From NCBI RefSeq assembly GCF_006345805.1, contig NC_043002.1:18166001-18230000 (forward strand): a stretch of 64,000 bases of DNA, written 5' to 3'. The notes under the pieces are model-generated. The model searched no databases. It had not been told where the DNA came from and saw nothing but the letters and a program-made list of their open reading frames with translations. This stretch comes from Octopus sinensis. Taxonomy: Eukaryota. The position numbers and the translations under genes are program-made. Numbering within the stretch: the first letter of the stretch is position 1; every line of letters starts with the position of its first letter. Shown here one piece after another: positions 26,197 to 39,005 of this stretch.

Positions 26197-26295
26197 TTAT
26201 AATAATAATAATGATAATGATGATAATAATAATAATGATAATAATAATAATAATAATAATAATAATTTATAATAATAATAATAATGATAATGATG

Positions 26296-26332
<37 letters not shown>

Positions 26333-26521
26333 TAATAATAATAATAATAAAATAATAATAATAATCATAATAATGATGATGATGATGATGATGATGGTGG
26401 TGGTGTGGTGGTGATGTTGGTGGTGGTGATGGTAATGTGGTGGTGGTGGTGATGATGATGATGATGATGATGATGATAATGGTGGTGGTAGTGGTGGTGA
26501 CGTTAATATGATAATAATAAC

Positions 26522-26571
<50 letters not shown>

Positions 26572-26590
26572 CAACAATAATAATATGAAT
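26135..26590. repeat. (AAT)n/(GAT)n/(GGT)n trinucleotide compound array
   Basis: Direct sequence. Confidence 0.95.
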
Positions 26591-27132
26591 AAAGCATTAT
26601 TCTAAATCTGAACGAGTAATTTTTTCTCAACTCTAATTACGTTGCTGTGATATCAAGATTGCATTAATAGACTCTGTAGCTAAGAAAAAAAAAAGATCTC
26701 AGCATGCTATAGTGATTTATCATGTACGGATTTTTTTTTTGGGGGGGGGGGGGGATTTTTTTTTTTTTAAACCAAATTAATCAGGTGCACGTTTTCCGTC
26801 GATATTACATATGTCCAGCATTTATAGGCTTTCAAAATAATATAAAAGAGAAATTGTTATAAGCGGAAGGAGGGCCTTAATACATTGTTCGCATTTCAAT
26901 GGAATCTCCGTATCTGGTTCTGCTCCACCATCTTTCTTTGTTTAATCAAACACAGACACACACACACACATGCACTCAAACACACACGCACACACACACA
27001 CACACACAAATACGCGCACACGCGCACACACACACGCACACACAAGTACACACACATGCACACACACACGCACACACAAATACGCACACATACACGCACA
27101 CACAAACACACACACGCATGTATGTATATATG

Positions 27133-27176
<44 letters not shown>

Positions 27177-27745
27177 TGTGTATGTATGTACACACACACC
27201 GAGCATATATGTTTGCATATATATATATATATATATATACATATATATATTGCTGGGTTTCATTTTGGAGTGTTATTTTTGCTTTTTTGTTTGTTGTGTT
27301 CTTTTCGTTCGTTTTGTATTATTTTGTTTTTGTTTTTGTTTTCTTTTTTTGGGGGGGTTACGAAAAGGAAATGGCATTCTTGACATGTTAGCAATAACAT
27401 GCAAATTGCATTTTTGAAACTTCTCGCCTTTAAGATCTCCGAAATGTTTCCATTCACTAGAAAATACGAGAGATGATCAAAGTTATTATTTGAGCAACCT
27501 GCAACTAAAATAATCTTCAGTTATTTTGAAGTTTTACTTCAGGCACTACCAAAATGTTAAGAAGTCAATTTTTTTCTTCCCATTCCTTTATTTATTTATT
27601 TGAGTTACAGTGTTTATGTTGCTTCTTCTTTTAATGAATGACAGCGCAGTGAAATAATTGAATACGCTTGTTTATTAATTTTGCTTTCTGTCTCTAATTA
27701 GGTGTCAAGTTAATTGAGTGTTTGCCTGCCTGTAAAGCGTGAAAA

Positions 27746-27969
27746 TACAAGGTGTGGTAAAAAACCCTCTGGCTTTCCATTTTTTTTATTTTTTTATAAA
27801 CGTTTCAACAGCTAATGCAGATATTGCATCGATTCAAACGATACTCTTAATTTCAAAAATAACAGGATGAATCTAGCTACATGAAATCTTCGTTATCGTC
27901 TCCTCAACTGTACTAGCGCTATCAGCAATAACCATGGGAAAATAGGACGTTTTTCAGCCGCACCCTGTA
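27746..27969. mobile_element. Tc1-like MITE
   Basis: TA-CAAGGTGTGGTAAAAAA ... TTTTTCAGCCGCACCCTG-TA: imperfect TIRs with TA TSD. Confidence 0.6.
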
Positions 27970-28067
27970 TTCGCTACGGAAAGGTAGGCAGTTAATTACA
28001 TTTCACCACTGAGAAATGGTTTTTGGTTGAAGAGAATTTTCGTATATTGATACAAAGGCAAGCGTGC

Positions 28068-28640
28068 CAACAGAATCATTAGCACGCCGGGCAAACGTGA
28101 CTAGCGGTATTTTGTTCGTCTTTACGCTCGGAGTTCAAATTCCAACGAGGTCGATTTGCTTTTCATCCTTTAGAAGTGGAGAAAACAAAAACTAGTCAAA
28201 CACTTGGGGCGATGCAATCGACTAACCTATTCCCATCGAATTTCTGGCCTTGGGGCAAAATTTAAATCAATATATTTTAATAGAAAAGCGGCGAACTGGC
28301 AGAAACGTTAGCACGCCGGGCGAAATGCTTAGCGATATATATCGTCTGCCGCTACGTTCTGAGTTCAAATTCCGCCGAGGTCGACTTTGCCTTTCATCCT
28401 TTCCGGGTCGATTAAATAAGGACCAGTTACGCACTGGGGTCGACGTAATCGACTTAATCCGCTTGTCTGTCCTTGTTTGCCCCCTCTGTGTTTAGCCCCT
28501 TGTGGGTAGTAAAGAAATAGAAATAGGTATTTCGACTTGGTCGATTTGCCTTTCATCCTTTCGAAGTCGGTAAAATGAGAACCAGTCAAATCGACTCACC
28601 GCATTACCCTGAATTGGTGGCCTTGTGCCAATATTTGAAA
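28068..28640 (+). mobile_element. Cluster of SINE family B copies (old tail-II copy, young tail-I copy 28287-28520, old 3' remainder)
   Basis: Three family B segments in tandem. Confidence 0.85.
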
Positions 28641-29206
28641 TCACTGTATATTAAAGCATCACATTTCTTCTGAGTGTCTAGGGCTTGGCAAGGCTAGATG
28701 CATGACATGAGAGAACTCGTATAGAAAGAACTTCAGATAATAATGGAATTGCATCTAATGTTACTAAGAAACAAATACAATCTTTTACGCTAAGATTTCT
28801 TCCTTAGAAATGTGTGAAATAAAGTAGCTTCCCTTTTTTTCACTTGAAATTACACATCCTATACATAGGCATTACTATACTAAGCAAGAATACGTAGGCG
28901 AGTATATTCTTCGATACACACACTCTCTGAGGGCTAAGCAGAATCGTCACGGTTGGAATTAATTTTCGTCATAGGTTTGCTCCTTCGGAATGGATGATGT
29001 TTTCCTAGCATCTCCCACCCCACCACCCACACACACTCAAAAACAAACGGAACAGTCAAGATCAAGGGTTGTTCGTTCAGAGTCTAGCAAGTCGAGCGAG
29101 TATGTACATGATCACTTGGCTTTCTAAAAGTGCAGCCGATACTTCTCGAATAAAATTGTACTGCCTTAATATAAGGACAAATACATTATATAAGAAATCT
29201 TAAAGA

Positions 29207-29382
29207 GGCGCAGGAGTGGCTGTGTGGTCAGTAGCTTGCTTGTCAACCACATAGTTCCTGGTTCAGTCCCACTGCGTGGCACCTTGAGCAAGTGTTTTCT
29301 ACTGTAGCCTCAGGCCGACCAGAGTCTTGTGAGTGAATTTTGTAAACGGAAACTGAAAGAAACCCGTCGTATATGTACATGT

Positions 29383-29417
<35 letters not shown>

Positions 29418-29446
29418 TAGATAGATAGATAGATAGATAAATAAAT

Positions 29447-29532
<86 letters not shown>

Positions 29533-29768
29533 ATAGATCTGTATATGTCTGTGTCTGTGTTTGTCCGCCCCTCCATCGCTTGACAACAGATGTTTGCGTG
29601 TTTACGTCCCCGTAACCAAGTGGTACGTCAAAAAGAAAACGATAGGGTAAGCACTATGCGTACAAAGAATAAGTCATCGAGTCGATTTGTTCGACTAAAG
29701 GCGAAGCTACTGCATGGCCGCAGTCAAATGACTAAAACAAATAAAAGAACAAAGAATAAAAAAAGAAT
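29207..29768 (+). mobile_element. SINE family A with expanded internal (TA)n(GATA)n
   Basis: ggcgcaggagtggctgtgtgg head; tail gcagtcaaatgactaaaacaa. Confidence 0.9.
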
Positions 29769-29919
29769 GTCTGCCCCTCTGTCTACATTCATGAACTGGA
29801 TTTTTTTTTTTCGAAAGAAAAAAAATCCATTTTATGTATGTAGTCCATACACCAAATTTAAAGTTTATTATTTTATTTTCAATTTGATTATTTCAGATTT
29901 GGTTAAAAACTTTAACCCT

Positions 29920-30180
29920 TGAGTTGGTGCATAATTATTGCGGCTTTTTTTTTTTTTTCAACAAATTTTATTCAAGAAAACCAATAACAACAACAAGTAA
30001 CAAAAACATTTTTAAATGATTATTCCGGAGCATATTCACCATCTACTTCAATTACTGCTTCCCATTTGCTTGACAGACGGTCAGACCGTCATTTAAAGAT
30101 GCTTTTGTTAAATATTGTTTTTGTTTTTCTTGAATAAAATTTGTCGAAAAAAGCCGCAATAATTATGCACCAATCCAATA
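29920..30180. mobile_element. Mariner-derived MITE with long TIRs (Hsmar1/cecropia-like terminus)
   Basis: ttggtgcataattattgcggcttttt / aaaaagccgcaataattatgcaccaa with extended internal inversion; core encodes a transposase C-terminus (LSSKWEAVIEVDGEYAPE*) on the minus strand. Confidence 0.88.
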
Positions 30181-30517
30181 GTTTCCATGCACTTCATTGT
30201 CTCTTTAACAGACATCAGTATGCATCCACAAATAATTTCCTTATTTCTATAAATAAGGTATTGCACGCTTTTTAGACCCATGTGTCCGAAAGTGTATCGT
30301 TGGCAGAAGAAAAGTCACGCAATATGATCGAATAACCGCGGTGTCTCAAAGTCTACAAAAATCAATGAATCGCGTGTTATGAAAACACATCGATCCCACC
30401 AGGACATATTTCTTAAGCATAGTACCTATTCTAGCGATTACTTTCGCCGAACCGCTAACATAGTAACGCCGGTTGCCAAGAGGTGATGCGGGACAGACAA
30501 ACACACACACACACACA

Positions 30518-30563
<46 letters not shown>

Positions 30564-30723
30564 AATTTTCATCTGTCCTGCCCGCCAAATTTGGTTCTGG
30601 TGTTCGCTGAATTTTTCCTCTAGAGAATTTCCTTTGTAGTTTGATCGTTGATGATCTGTTTCTAGCATACGGCCGGCTACCTAGCAGTCCAGCCCTGCCA
30701 ATATACACACATATATATATATA

Positions 30724-31114
30724 CTAGCAGTATCGCCCGGCGTTGCTCGGGTTTGTAAGGGAAATAATTATATAAGCATTTTTAGAGACGTAAAGTATAA
30801 TAGCCATCTCAATATGGCTAACCACAAAGGGGAGGGGTGTTACTGTAGCTTTTTAGTTCTGAGATTTAATAATAAATTTTAGAGAGTTGCTTCCCTTATA
30901 TATGTCAAAAATGGATTAAAAATGGGAAAAATTGATGGTAAATTTTTTTTAATCGTAGACTCATCGTAGACGCGCGCTAATACCCAGACGGGCTCGATAT
31001 GAATCACGACTATAAGATACCCGGTTTTGGTTAAACTGCACCATAAAATGTGGGAGTAGTTAGGAATCTAAATTGTAGGAGACAGACACACAACCTCACT
31101 TTTATATATAAAGA
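30724..31114 (-). mobile_element. Complete non-autonomous Helitron (391 bp)
   Basis: Minus strand: A|TCTTTATATATAAAAG ... CCCG-agcaacgc-CGGG hairpin ... CTAG|T; AT target, no TSD. Confidence 0.88.
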
Positions 31115-31180
31115 TTTCCTCTATTTACATAATATTGAGGTCTCTTTGTTTCTTTTGTTATCTTACTGTTTTTACCAATA
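31115..31180 (+). mobile_element. Terminal fragment of the same Penelope family as 15024-16371
   Basis: tttcctctatttacataatattgaggtctcttt..gttatcttac nearly identical to 16309-16371. Confidence 0.8.
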
Positions 31181-31215
31181 TACATATATATATATATATA
31201 TATAAATATATATAT

Positions 31216-31539
31216 AGTTACAGAGATGTACTTGCATAGCAAGTGACTTGATCTGAGGTCGTGTGCTGGAACGAAAACAGTTGCAGCGTTGAAGGTGTTT
31301 ATAAGCCATTTAAGAAACACACAAAAACCGTTAGATTCACTTCAACATTTAAATTTAATTTGTCAAAATATTTTCGTCGCTTTGAGACCGCGACCTGTTA
31401 GCACGATATTTTTGTCAGTGAACAGGTCGCGGTCTCAAAGCGAGGAAAATATTTTGGCAAATTAAATTTAAATGTTGAAGTGAATCTAACGGTTTTTGTG
31501 TGTTTCTTAAATGGCTTACAAACACCTTCCACGCTGCAA
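31216..31539. mobile_element. Short Penelope-type fold-back element in (TA)n, 119-bp inverted arms
   Basis: Arms 31281-31399 / 31421-31539, 21-bp spacer, few mismatches. Confidence 0.85.
31411..31461 (+). ncRNA. Putative minimal type I hammerhead ribozyme, G3-C8 core variant
   Basis: TTTGTCA-GTGAACA-G-GTCGC-ggtctcaaa-GCGA(G; C in the other arm)-GAAA-ATAT-T-T-TG(G/A)CAAA; palindromic stem III AATATT. Confidence 0.6.
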
Positions 31540-31619
31540 TATATATATACACACATATATATATATGTATGTATGTATGTATGTGTGTATATGTGTATGC
31601 ATGTATGTGTGTGTGTGTG

Positions 31620-31840
31620 TGCGTGTCTGTGCTCGTGATTGTCCTCCACCACTGCTTGACAACGAATGCTGGTTTGTTCACATCCCTGTCACCTAGTGGT
31701 TTGACAAAGAAAACAGATAGAATAAGTACAATGCTTACAAAAATAAAACTGGAGTTGATTCATTAAACTACAATTCTTCAAGGCATTGCCCCAGCATGGC
31801 CACAGACCAATGGCTGGAAAAAGCAGAAGAATAAAAGAAT
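31620..31840 (+). mobile_element. SINE family A, 3' half
   Basis: cttgacaac..gctggtttgttcacatccc..gatagaataagtac..cagcatggccacag. Confidence 0.75.
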
Positions 31841-31904
31841 ACATTCTCTGCTTTGGTCTTATGTTCAAGGCATGAGAAAGCTTGAGTTTACATGAGAAGG
31901 CCTA

Positions 31905-32160
31905 ACAGACCTGGTAGAAACAGCAGCCAAATCTCCCTCAAATCACACCTTACTGTCTTATGTATGTATATATATGAGCCAATGAGGGGAACCTCTACAT
32001 GGTAGCTAGACCTGGTAGACATAGCAGCCAAATTTCCCCCAAATCACACCTTACTGTCTTATCTATGTATATATGTATGTATGAGCCTATGAGGGAGACC
32101 CCTACATGGCAGAAATAGCAGCCAAATCTCCCTAAATCACACCTTACTGTCTTATGTATG
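31905..32160. repeat. Three tandem ~90-100-bp units derived from family D
   Basis: agcagccaaatctccctcaaatcacaccttactgtctta occurs three times. Confidence 0.85.
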
Positions 32161-32569
32161 TATATATATATATATATATATATATAATCTATATATAATA
32201 TATATATATATATATATTATATATATAATATACAAGCCACTACGGTTATTTAATGTAAAGTCTTCCTCAAATCACTCTCTCTTGCTATTTACTCTCTTCC
32301 AAGAACATTTTCACTCACTCTTATCTCTTAGCTTCCCATACATTTTACTCATGTATCTATCAGCGTCATAGACAGAAACAAATATTACATCGCCATCGCC
32401 ATCGCATTCTATTGTCTACCTGTCAACACACACACAGTGAATTAGTTTCAGTTTATTCGTTGCACACTGTGTGTGTGCGTTTGCGTGTGCTGTAAACCAG
32501 ACTAAGAAAAGCATTTAACATATACACCACGATGTGAGTTTTCTCTAAATTTTGCTTAATTGGGGTTGA

Positions 32570-32709
32570 AATTTTAAAAACCGGACCTGGCAAAACCCGA
32601 TGCATTCTACTCTTAAAAATGCTAGGTAAATTGTAATTGAAGAAATCCTATATTGTAGATTTCTATAAGAGACAAAGGGAGGCAGATAAAATCTGCCTTT
32701 TATAATAAG

Positions 32710-32711
<2 letters not shown>
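32570..32711 (-). mobile_element. Helitron-like 5' terminus
   Basis: Minus strand A|TCTTATTATAAAAGG resembles the 31114 terminus; other end not identified. Confidence 0.4.
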
Positions 32712-32774
<63 letters not shown>

Positions 32775-32775
<1 letters not shown>

Positions 32776-32960
32776 GACAGGCTTCTTTCAGTTACCGTCT
32801 AGCAAATCCATTCACAAGCCTTTGGTCTGTCCGAGGCTTTAGTAGAAGACACTTGCCCAAGATGTCACACAGTGGCACTGAACCCGGAATCATATCGTTG
32901 GCAAGCAAGCTTCTTACCACACAGTCATACTGGCACCACCACACTGCCACACCTGCGCCT
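32775..32960 (-). mobile_element. SINE family A, 5' half
   Basis: Reverse complement of the family A head. Confidence 0.85.
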
Positions 32961-33274
32961 ATACTATTGTTGCTAAAACCAGTTACACTCAAATTTCTAG
33001 TCTATATCGATTGTTTATTTAGGTGACAAATAAAAATCTATGCGGTTAGAAAAAATCGATTATTATGACATTAATGTCATTTTTGATGAAATTATGAACA
33101 TAATCAAAATTTTTGCCTATAGTGCTTACCATTGACTTGCATAGTCCAAAGTAAGGTTTCCTGGAAATTTTATACTGAGATGTAACAAGCGTTTCCAGAT
33201 AAAACTAAATTAGGGCAAAAATAGATGTTAAAATCATTCTCAAGTTTTCATTTCGTAACTTATATGAATATATA

Positions 33275-33443
33275 GGCGCAGGAGTGGCTATGTGGTAAGT
33301 AGCTTACTTACAAACCACATGGTTCCGGGTTCAGTCCTACTGCGTAGCACCTTGGGCAAATGTTTTCTACTTTAGCTTCAGGCTTACCAAAGCCTTGTGA
33401 GTGGATTTGGTAGACGGAAACATATATATATGTGTGGGGGGGA

Positions 33444-33488
<45 letters not shown>

Positions 33489-33685
33489 TGTGTCTGTGTT
33501 TGTCCTCCCACCATAGCTTGACAACCGATGCTGGTGTTTTTTAATGTCTCCGTAACTTAACAGTTCGGCCAAAGACCCGATAGAATAAGTACTAGACTTA
33601 CAAAGAATGAGTTCTGGGAGCGATTTGTTCGACTAAAGACGGTGCTCCAGCATGGCGGCAGTCGACTGAAGCAAATAAAAAAGAT
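33275..33685 (+). mobile_element. SINE family A, full length
   Basis: ggcgcaggagtggctatgtgg..gactaaagacggtgctccagcatgg. Confidence 0.9.
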
Positions 33686-33819
33686 ATATCTTCTTTAGAC
33701 CGCAAGAACTTCTAAGGCGTCTTATTCGGTTTCATTGGTATACGATGTGACCAACATCACAACACCGCCCCTGAACAAGGTACTAGTCTGTGGTAGGGTT
33801 CAATGCTACAACGCCGAAG

Positions 33820-34001
33820 AGAGGAGTCAAGTCGGTAACCTCGACACCAGTACATGACTGGTAATTTTATTCTATAGACCTCGAAGGGATGAAAGGTAAA
33901 GTTTATGTGTATGCGATTTGAACTCAGAACGTAAGGAGCCCGAAGAAATGTCACTAAGCACCTTGTCCGGCGCACTAACCATTCTGCTAGTTCACCACCT
34001 T
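33820..34001 (-). mobile_element. SINE family B, older copy
   Basis: Reverse complement of ggtggtgaactagcagaatggttagtgcgccgg..gttctgagttcaaat. Confidence 0.7.
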
Positions 34002-34122
34002 TGTACGAATATATTATATAGCTGAAACTCGTTAAAGGTAATTGATTTCATACCTTGAGTGTATCACTTGCGATGGTGACAAGCACGATGCGCTACATTT
34101 AACTAAATTTAAGCAGAAAAGG

Positions 34123-34326
34123 GTAGAGGCATATCGCCTAGTGGTTAGAGCAGCGAACTCGCAGTCGAAGGACCGCGGGTTCGAATCTCAGACCGGGCGA
34201 TGTCTGTGTTTATGAGCGAAAAACCTAAGCTCCACGCGACTCCAGCAGAAGGTAATGGTGAACTTCTGCTGACTGTTTCGCCACGACTTTCTCTCACTAT
34301 TTCCTCCTGCATCTTGCAGCTCACCT
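34123..34326 (+). mobile_element. SINE family C, 3'-truncated
   Basis: cctagtggttagagcagcg..ggttcgaatctcagaccggg. Confidence 0.88.
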
Positions 34327-34519
34327 TGTCATTTACGTACATTATGTTTTGCTGAAGAGGTTTTATGGGTGCTCAGTACATCATTATTGGTGAAACACAA
34401 AATAAGGAGTTAAGTTGGTAGGTTACTTGGTAAAGAGACAATGATCGCATTAAAGCTAATATTCGTTTCCATATATTTATGATTACAAGCAGTGTGTGTG
34501 TGTATGTATGCATATATAT

Positions 34520-34802
34520 CTCTTTTACTCTTTTACTCTTTTACTTGGTTCAGTCATTTGACTGCGGCCATGCTGGAGCACCGCATTTTAGTCGAGCAAA
34601 TCGACCCCGTAAGCCCAGTACTTATTCTATCGGTCTCTTTTGCCGAACCGCTAAGTGACGGGGACGTAAACACACCAGCATCGGTTGTCAAGCAATGCTA
34701 GGGGACAAACACAGACACACAAACACATGCACACACATATATATACACATATATACGACAGGCTTCTTTCAGTTTCCGTCTACCAAATCCACTCACAAGG
34801 CA
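34520..34802 (-). mobile_element. SINE family A, 3' two-thirds
   Basis: Reverse complement of the family A body and tail. Confidence 0.88.
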
Positions 34803-36559
34803 TTGTATGTATGTATGTATGTATGTATGTATGTATGTATGTATATATATATATATATATATATATAGTTAATCCAAGTGTGTGTGTGTGTGTGTGTATG
34901 TACATATATATGTGTGTGTGTGTATGTGAGTCTGTGTGTGTCTCTGTGTATGTGTGCTAGCGTGTACTTAAAAGTTCACACTGCATACGATAGAAATGGT
35001 GTTTTAGTTAATACTGTTATGTGGTAATCGTACAAACTTATTGTAAACAGGAAAAGAGCTAGTGATTATATAAAAAGATATTGGTGTGTATGTAAAAATG
35101 TTTGTATCTATCATGCGTGTTTGTACGCCGAACACGATATAGGAAGCAAGTTCTGATGTTATGCAGGACAAGTAAAAAATGTTAGAGCATCATTTATGGA
35201 ATTGAGTGGCAGAGTTCCGTATAGCGCATGAGTTGACACTGTATTGAACTTCAATAATTTCAGCTTTTATAACCTACTGCAAATATTCAAGAACCTTCGG
35301 CAAAGCTATTTGGTGGGAATTTCACACAACTTCATTTCAAATAAACCATTGTGTGATTGATAAAATACATACCACCTAAGCATATATATCTTTTATGGCG
35401 ATACAGTTAATTTCGTGTAGCTGTTATTGTCTTAAAGAAATATGGCTAGGCTGTGCTTCTAAGATGAGAATCTGAGTGAGATGGTTCGAAACTAGACCTA
35501 AGACACGAGGTCTAATAAACCGAAACATTTTGTTGGTCTTTCCAAGTTTGATGTACTCTAATCTATATTCTCTATATAGTCCAAATATTACGTTCAATTA
35601 ATTTTATTGGATTATATCCGTTCTTGCTGATTTAAGATTTCAGACATCTTTAAAATGAGATTTTGTCCGGTTGCTTGTATAACTTTTGTTGATCAATATA
35701 TTTTCAATTCCTTAAATTACGTATATATGGCCCAACTGTGACAAAGACGTTTCATTTCTTTTTATTAAACAGAAAGTAAAATTTCGAAGAGGAGAATAAC
35801 TTCAATATATAATGATTTTGTTATTGCTGTTTAGCTCAAGATCAATCTTGACCCATTATAAAATGCGAAGAAGACGTGAATTTCTCGTCTTTTATATGTG
35901 TACGAGCAAAACACCCCACGTCCAATGGACGGTGCTGAGTTGTCAAACATTTAAGCCAAATTTTCTCAAAACAACTTGTCCGACCGTCCCATAGGCCACC
36001 CCTTTGAAAAACACTGATTTAACCTAAATTTGAGACACCAGCAAAAGAAGAAATAAAGATAGATTTTTTTTTCTATTCCAAAGAAAATCGATTTTATTCA
36101 CACAAAATATGAAACCGAAGAGTTTAAAGTACCAGTAATGATAAGGCTGTTGACTGGGAGAACACAAACATGGTAAATCATTTATTAGCAAGAAAACAGT
36201 ATTTTCTTCCTTGAATAAAAAGCAATCAGTGTTTTCTTTTCAATAAAAATATTATCAACCATGCCTATTTTTCAATAAAATTTTTGGTTTTGTTAAACGA
36301 AGTTAAGGCAAAAAAAATTTCTTGAGAAACCAAATTGTCTTTCTTTTCTTCATGCCAAGTTTGAAGAAAATATCTCTTTTGCATCTTACTTTTTTGGTGT
36401 CTTAAATTAACTGCATTTTGTAGCATTATTTCAAACCAGCCGGCATTTTTGCGCAAACTGCACGTACATTTTTCTCGCGTACGCATAGTATCGATCGCAA
36501 CAGCTGATGTACTTGCGCGTACAAATGCACATTACCACGGCTTTATCGATCGCATTCTC

Positions 36560-36714
36560 ACCTGGAATCGATTTTTGTAATTTTTTCAAGACTTATACAT
36601 GTCTTGATACCGTCGGTATCTACATATCAAATTTGAGCGCAATCGGGTAGAGGATGCCCGAGATCCTAGAAGACACACACATAGACAGACAGACAACGGA
36701 TTTTATATAATAGA
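36560..36714 (-). mobile_element. Helitron/HINE-like terminal fragment with (GACA)n
   Basis: aaatttgagcgcaatcgg..gacagacagacaacggattttatataataga has the same architecture as the 31114 terminus. Confidence 0.45.
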
Positions 36715-37378
36715 ATTAGGAATTCATAACATATGCTTCTATTTATTTTTTTAAACAGATTGTTATTTTAACAAGGGTGATGAATTGAGAGATAGTTGTT
36801 GCTATTTCTAGCAGTGCCTGTGACCATATAAGATACATCCTCGTTAGATCAACTCCACGATATTATTGTTTCTATAGTTTTAAAGAAGGGTGTATGTCAA
36901 GACGCAGAACTTGAAACCACTATAAATAAAAACGATGTTCAACAGTAATACAGATCACTTTTCTATGGTGTTAATCATATATATCTTAATTAGAATTATG
37001 TCAATAATGATTTCTTAATTAAATTAAGGGACAGTTATGGAGGAATATCAGTATGAGTCATTGAGATGGCGAGCGGAAATAAAGTCACGGAAAAAGATAA
37101 CGTCATTTTAATTTAAATACCGTAAACGATAAATATCTTAATATTAGGAAGACTCGTGAACATTTTTGTTATTTTGAAAATGTTAAAATAGAACTGTACA
37201 TTTTTTTTATAGCATTTGATACTTGAATTGACTGTTATAGCGTTTTTCGCTCCCACCTTCCCTTCACTTAGGACATACACATACACATGCTCACATACAC
37301 ACGTACACACAGATACACAAACATACATACACACTCGTTGCTTCTCCTTTAACTTAAAATTCTCCTGCGCTAAACACC

Positions 37379-37439
<61 letters not shown>

Positions 37440-38503
37440 TTCATTCTTTCTTTCTACCCTTCTTTCATCCAACTAATCAGCCACATAACATAACTCCATT
37501 CTCTTTTTCCTAGCTCTCACCGCTAACACTCTTCACTCTCTCTCTCTCTCTCTCTTTGCCTCTTCCTTCAACTGACGAGGTGATAGTTTCACACATTTTG
37601 CCTTACAGTTTAAGACATATATTCTAACAGACATATTAAACACAATATATAAATCTTGTTCACAATGAGAACACAAATTCATATAACAAATATATAACGT
37701 ATATAAAAAATACATTTTAGGCCTTATTCTAAATATAATAACGAAACAAAAATTAATTCAGTCGTTTTTTTTACAGTTTTCTTCTGATGTTTTTCTGTGA
37801 CTTCTATTTCCGTAATTTTTTTTCCTTTTTCTGGACCGAGACTACTACACAACATAAATTACACTGGAAGCAAGTAGCTGACGTTGCATGGTTTCATAAA
37901 TATCTTGAATTACATCAACGATTAAAAAACGTTTTTGTCTGCGGCAACTGAAAACTTGTAGAACAAAGAAAATTAACGTATCACTTGTTTTAAAATTGTT
38001 TTAATTAAAACAATACCAAGGAAAATGGAAAACGTAGAAATAAAAAAGATATTACAGCATTAAAAATATACAAATATAACAATATAAAACTGTGTCTATG
38101 CGTACAGAGAAAGAAAACTTAGGTAGAATATTTAAAAAAACATTTTTAAACGCTAAGAAAACATTAAATGCAGATAAAATACAAACGAGTTTAACTGATT
38201 TCGGTCTCGATTCAACTAGAATGTTTCCAACCGTGTACATGAGGTCTCAGTTTGAGATGCATAGTCAGTCTAGCTTATATAACCGAACTTTAGTATTTTT
38301 CATTTTTTAGCATTTTCAGTTATTTTCTTTAAGTTTAAAAAACAAGAATTATTTCAGTATTTTTTTTTTTAATATTTGGTCTGAAGTTACAACTGGAAGC
38401 AACGTTTTGGCTCAGTCATCAGTGAAGTGGAGAATTTCTTACACAACAAAATATCCACAAGACACAACCACACGTAAATCGACATACTTTATAGCTATGT
38501 AGT

Positions 38504-39005
<502 letters not shown>

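Noticed and set aside
31905-32160. Regularly spaced direct repeats superficially like a CRISPR array
   Set aside because: The spacers are homologous to each other, the context is eukaryotic and there are no cas genes.
35455-35520. GATGA..GTTCGAAACTAG and a small tagacct/aggtcta hairpin
   Set aside because: Core positions 3-4 and U16.1 are wrong and there is no stem I; likely chance.
38092-38310. 72-aa ORF in unique sequence downstream of (CT)n tracts
   Set aside because: No homology or splice support visible; could be UTR or intronic.
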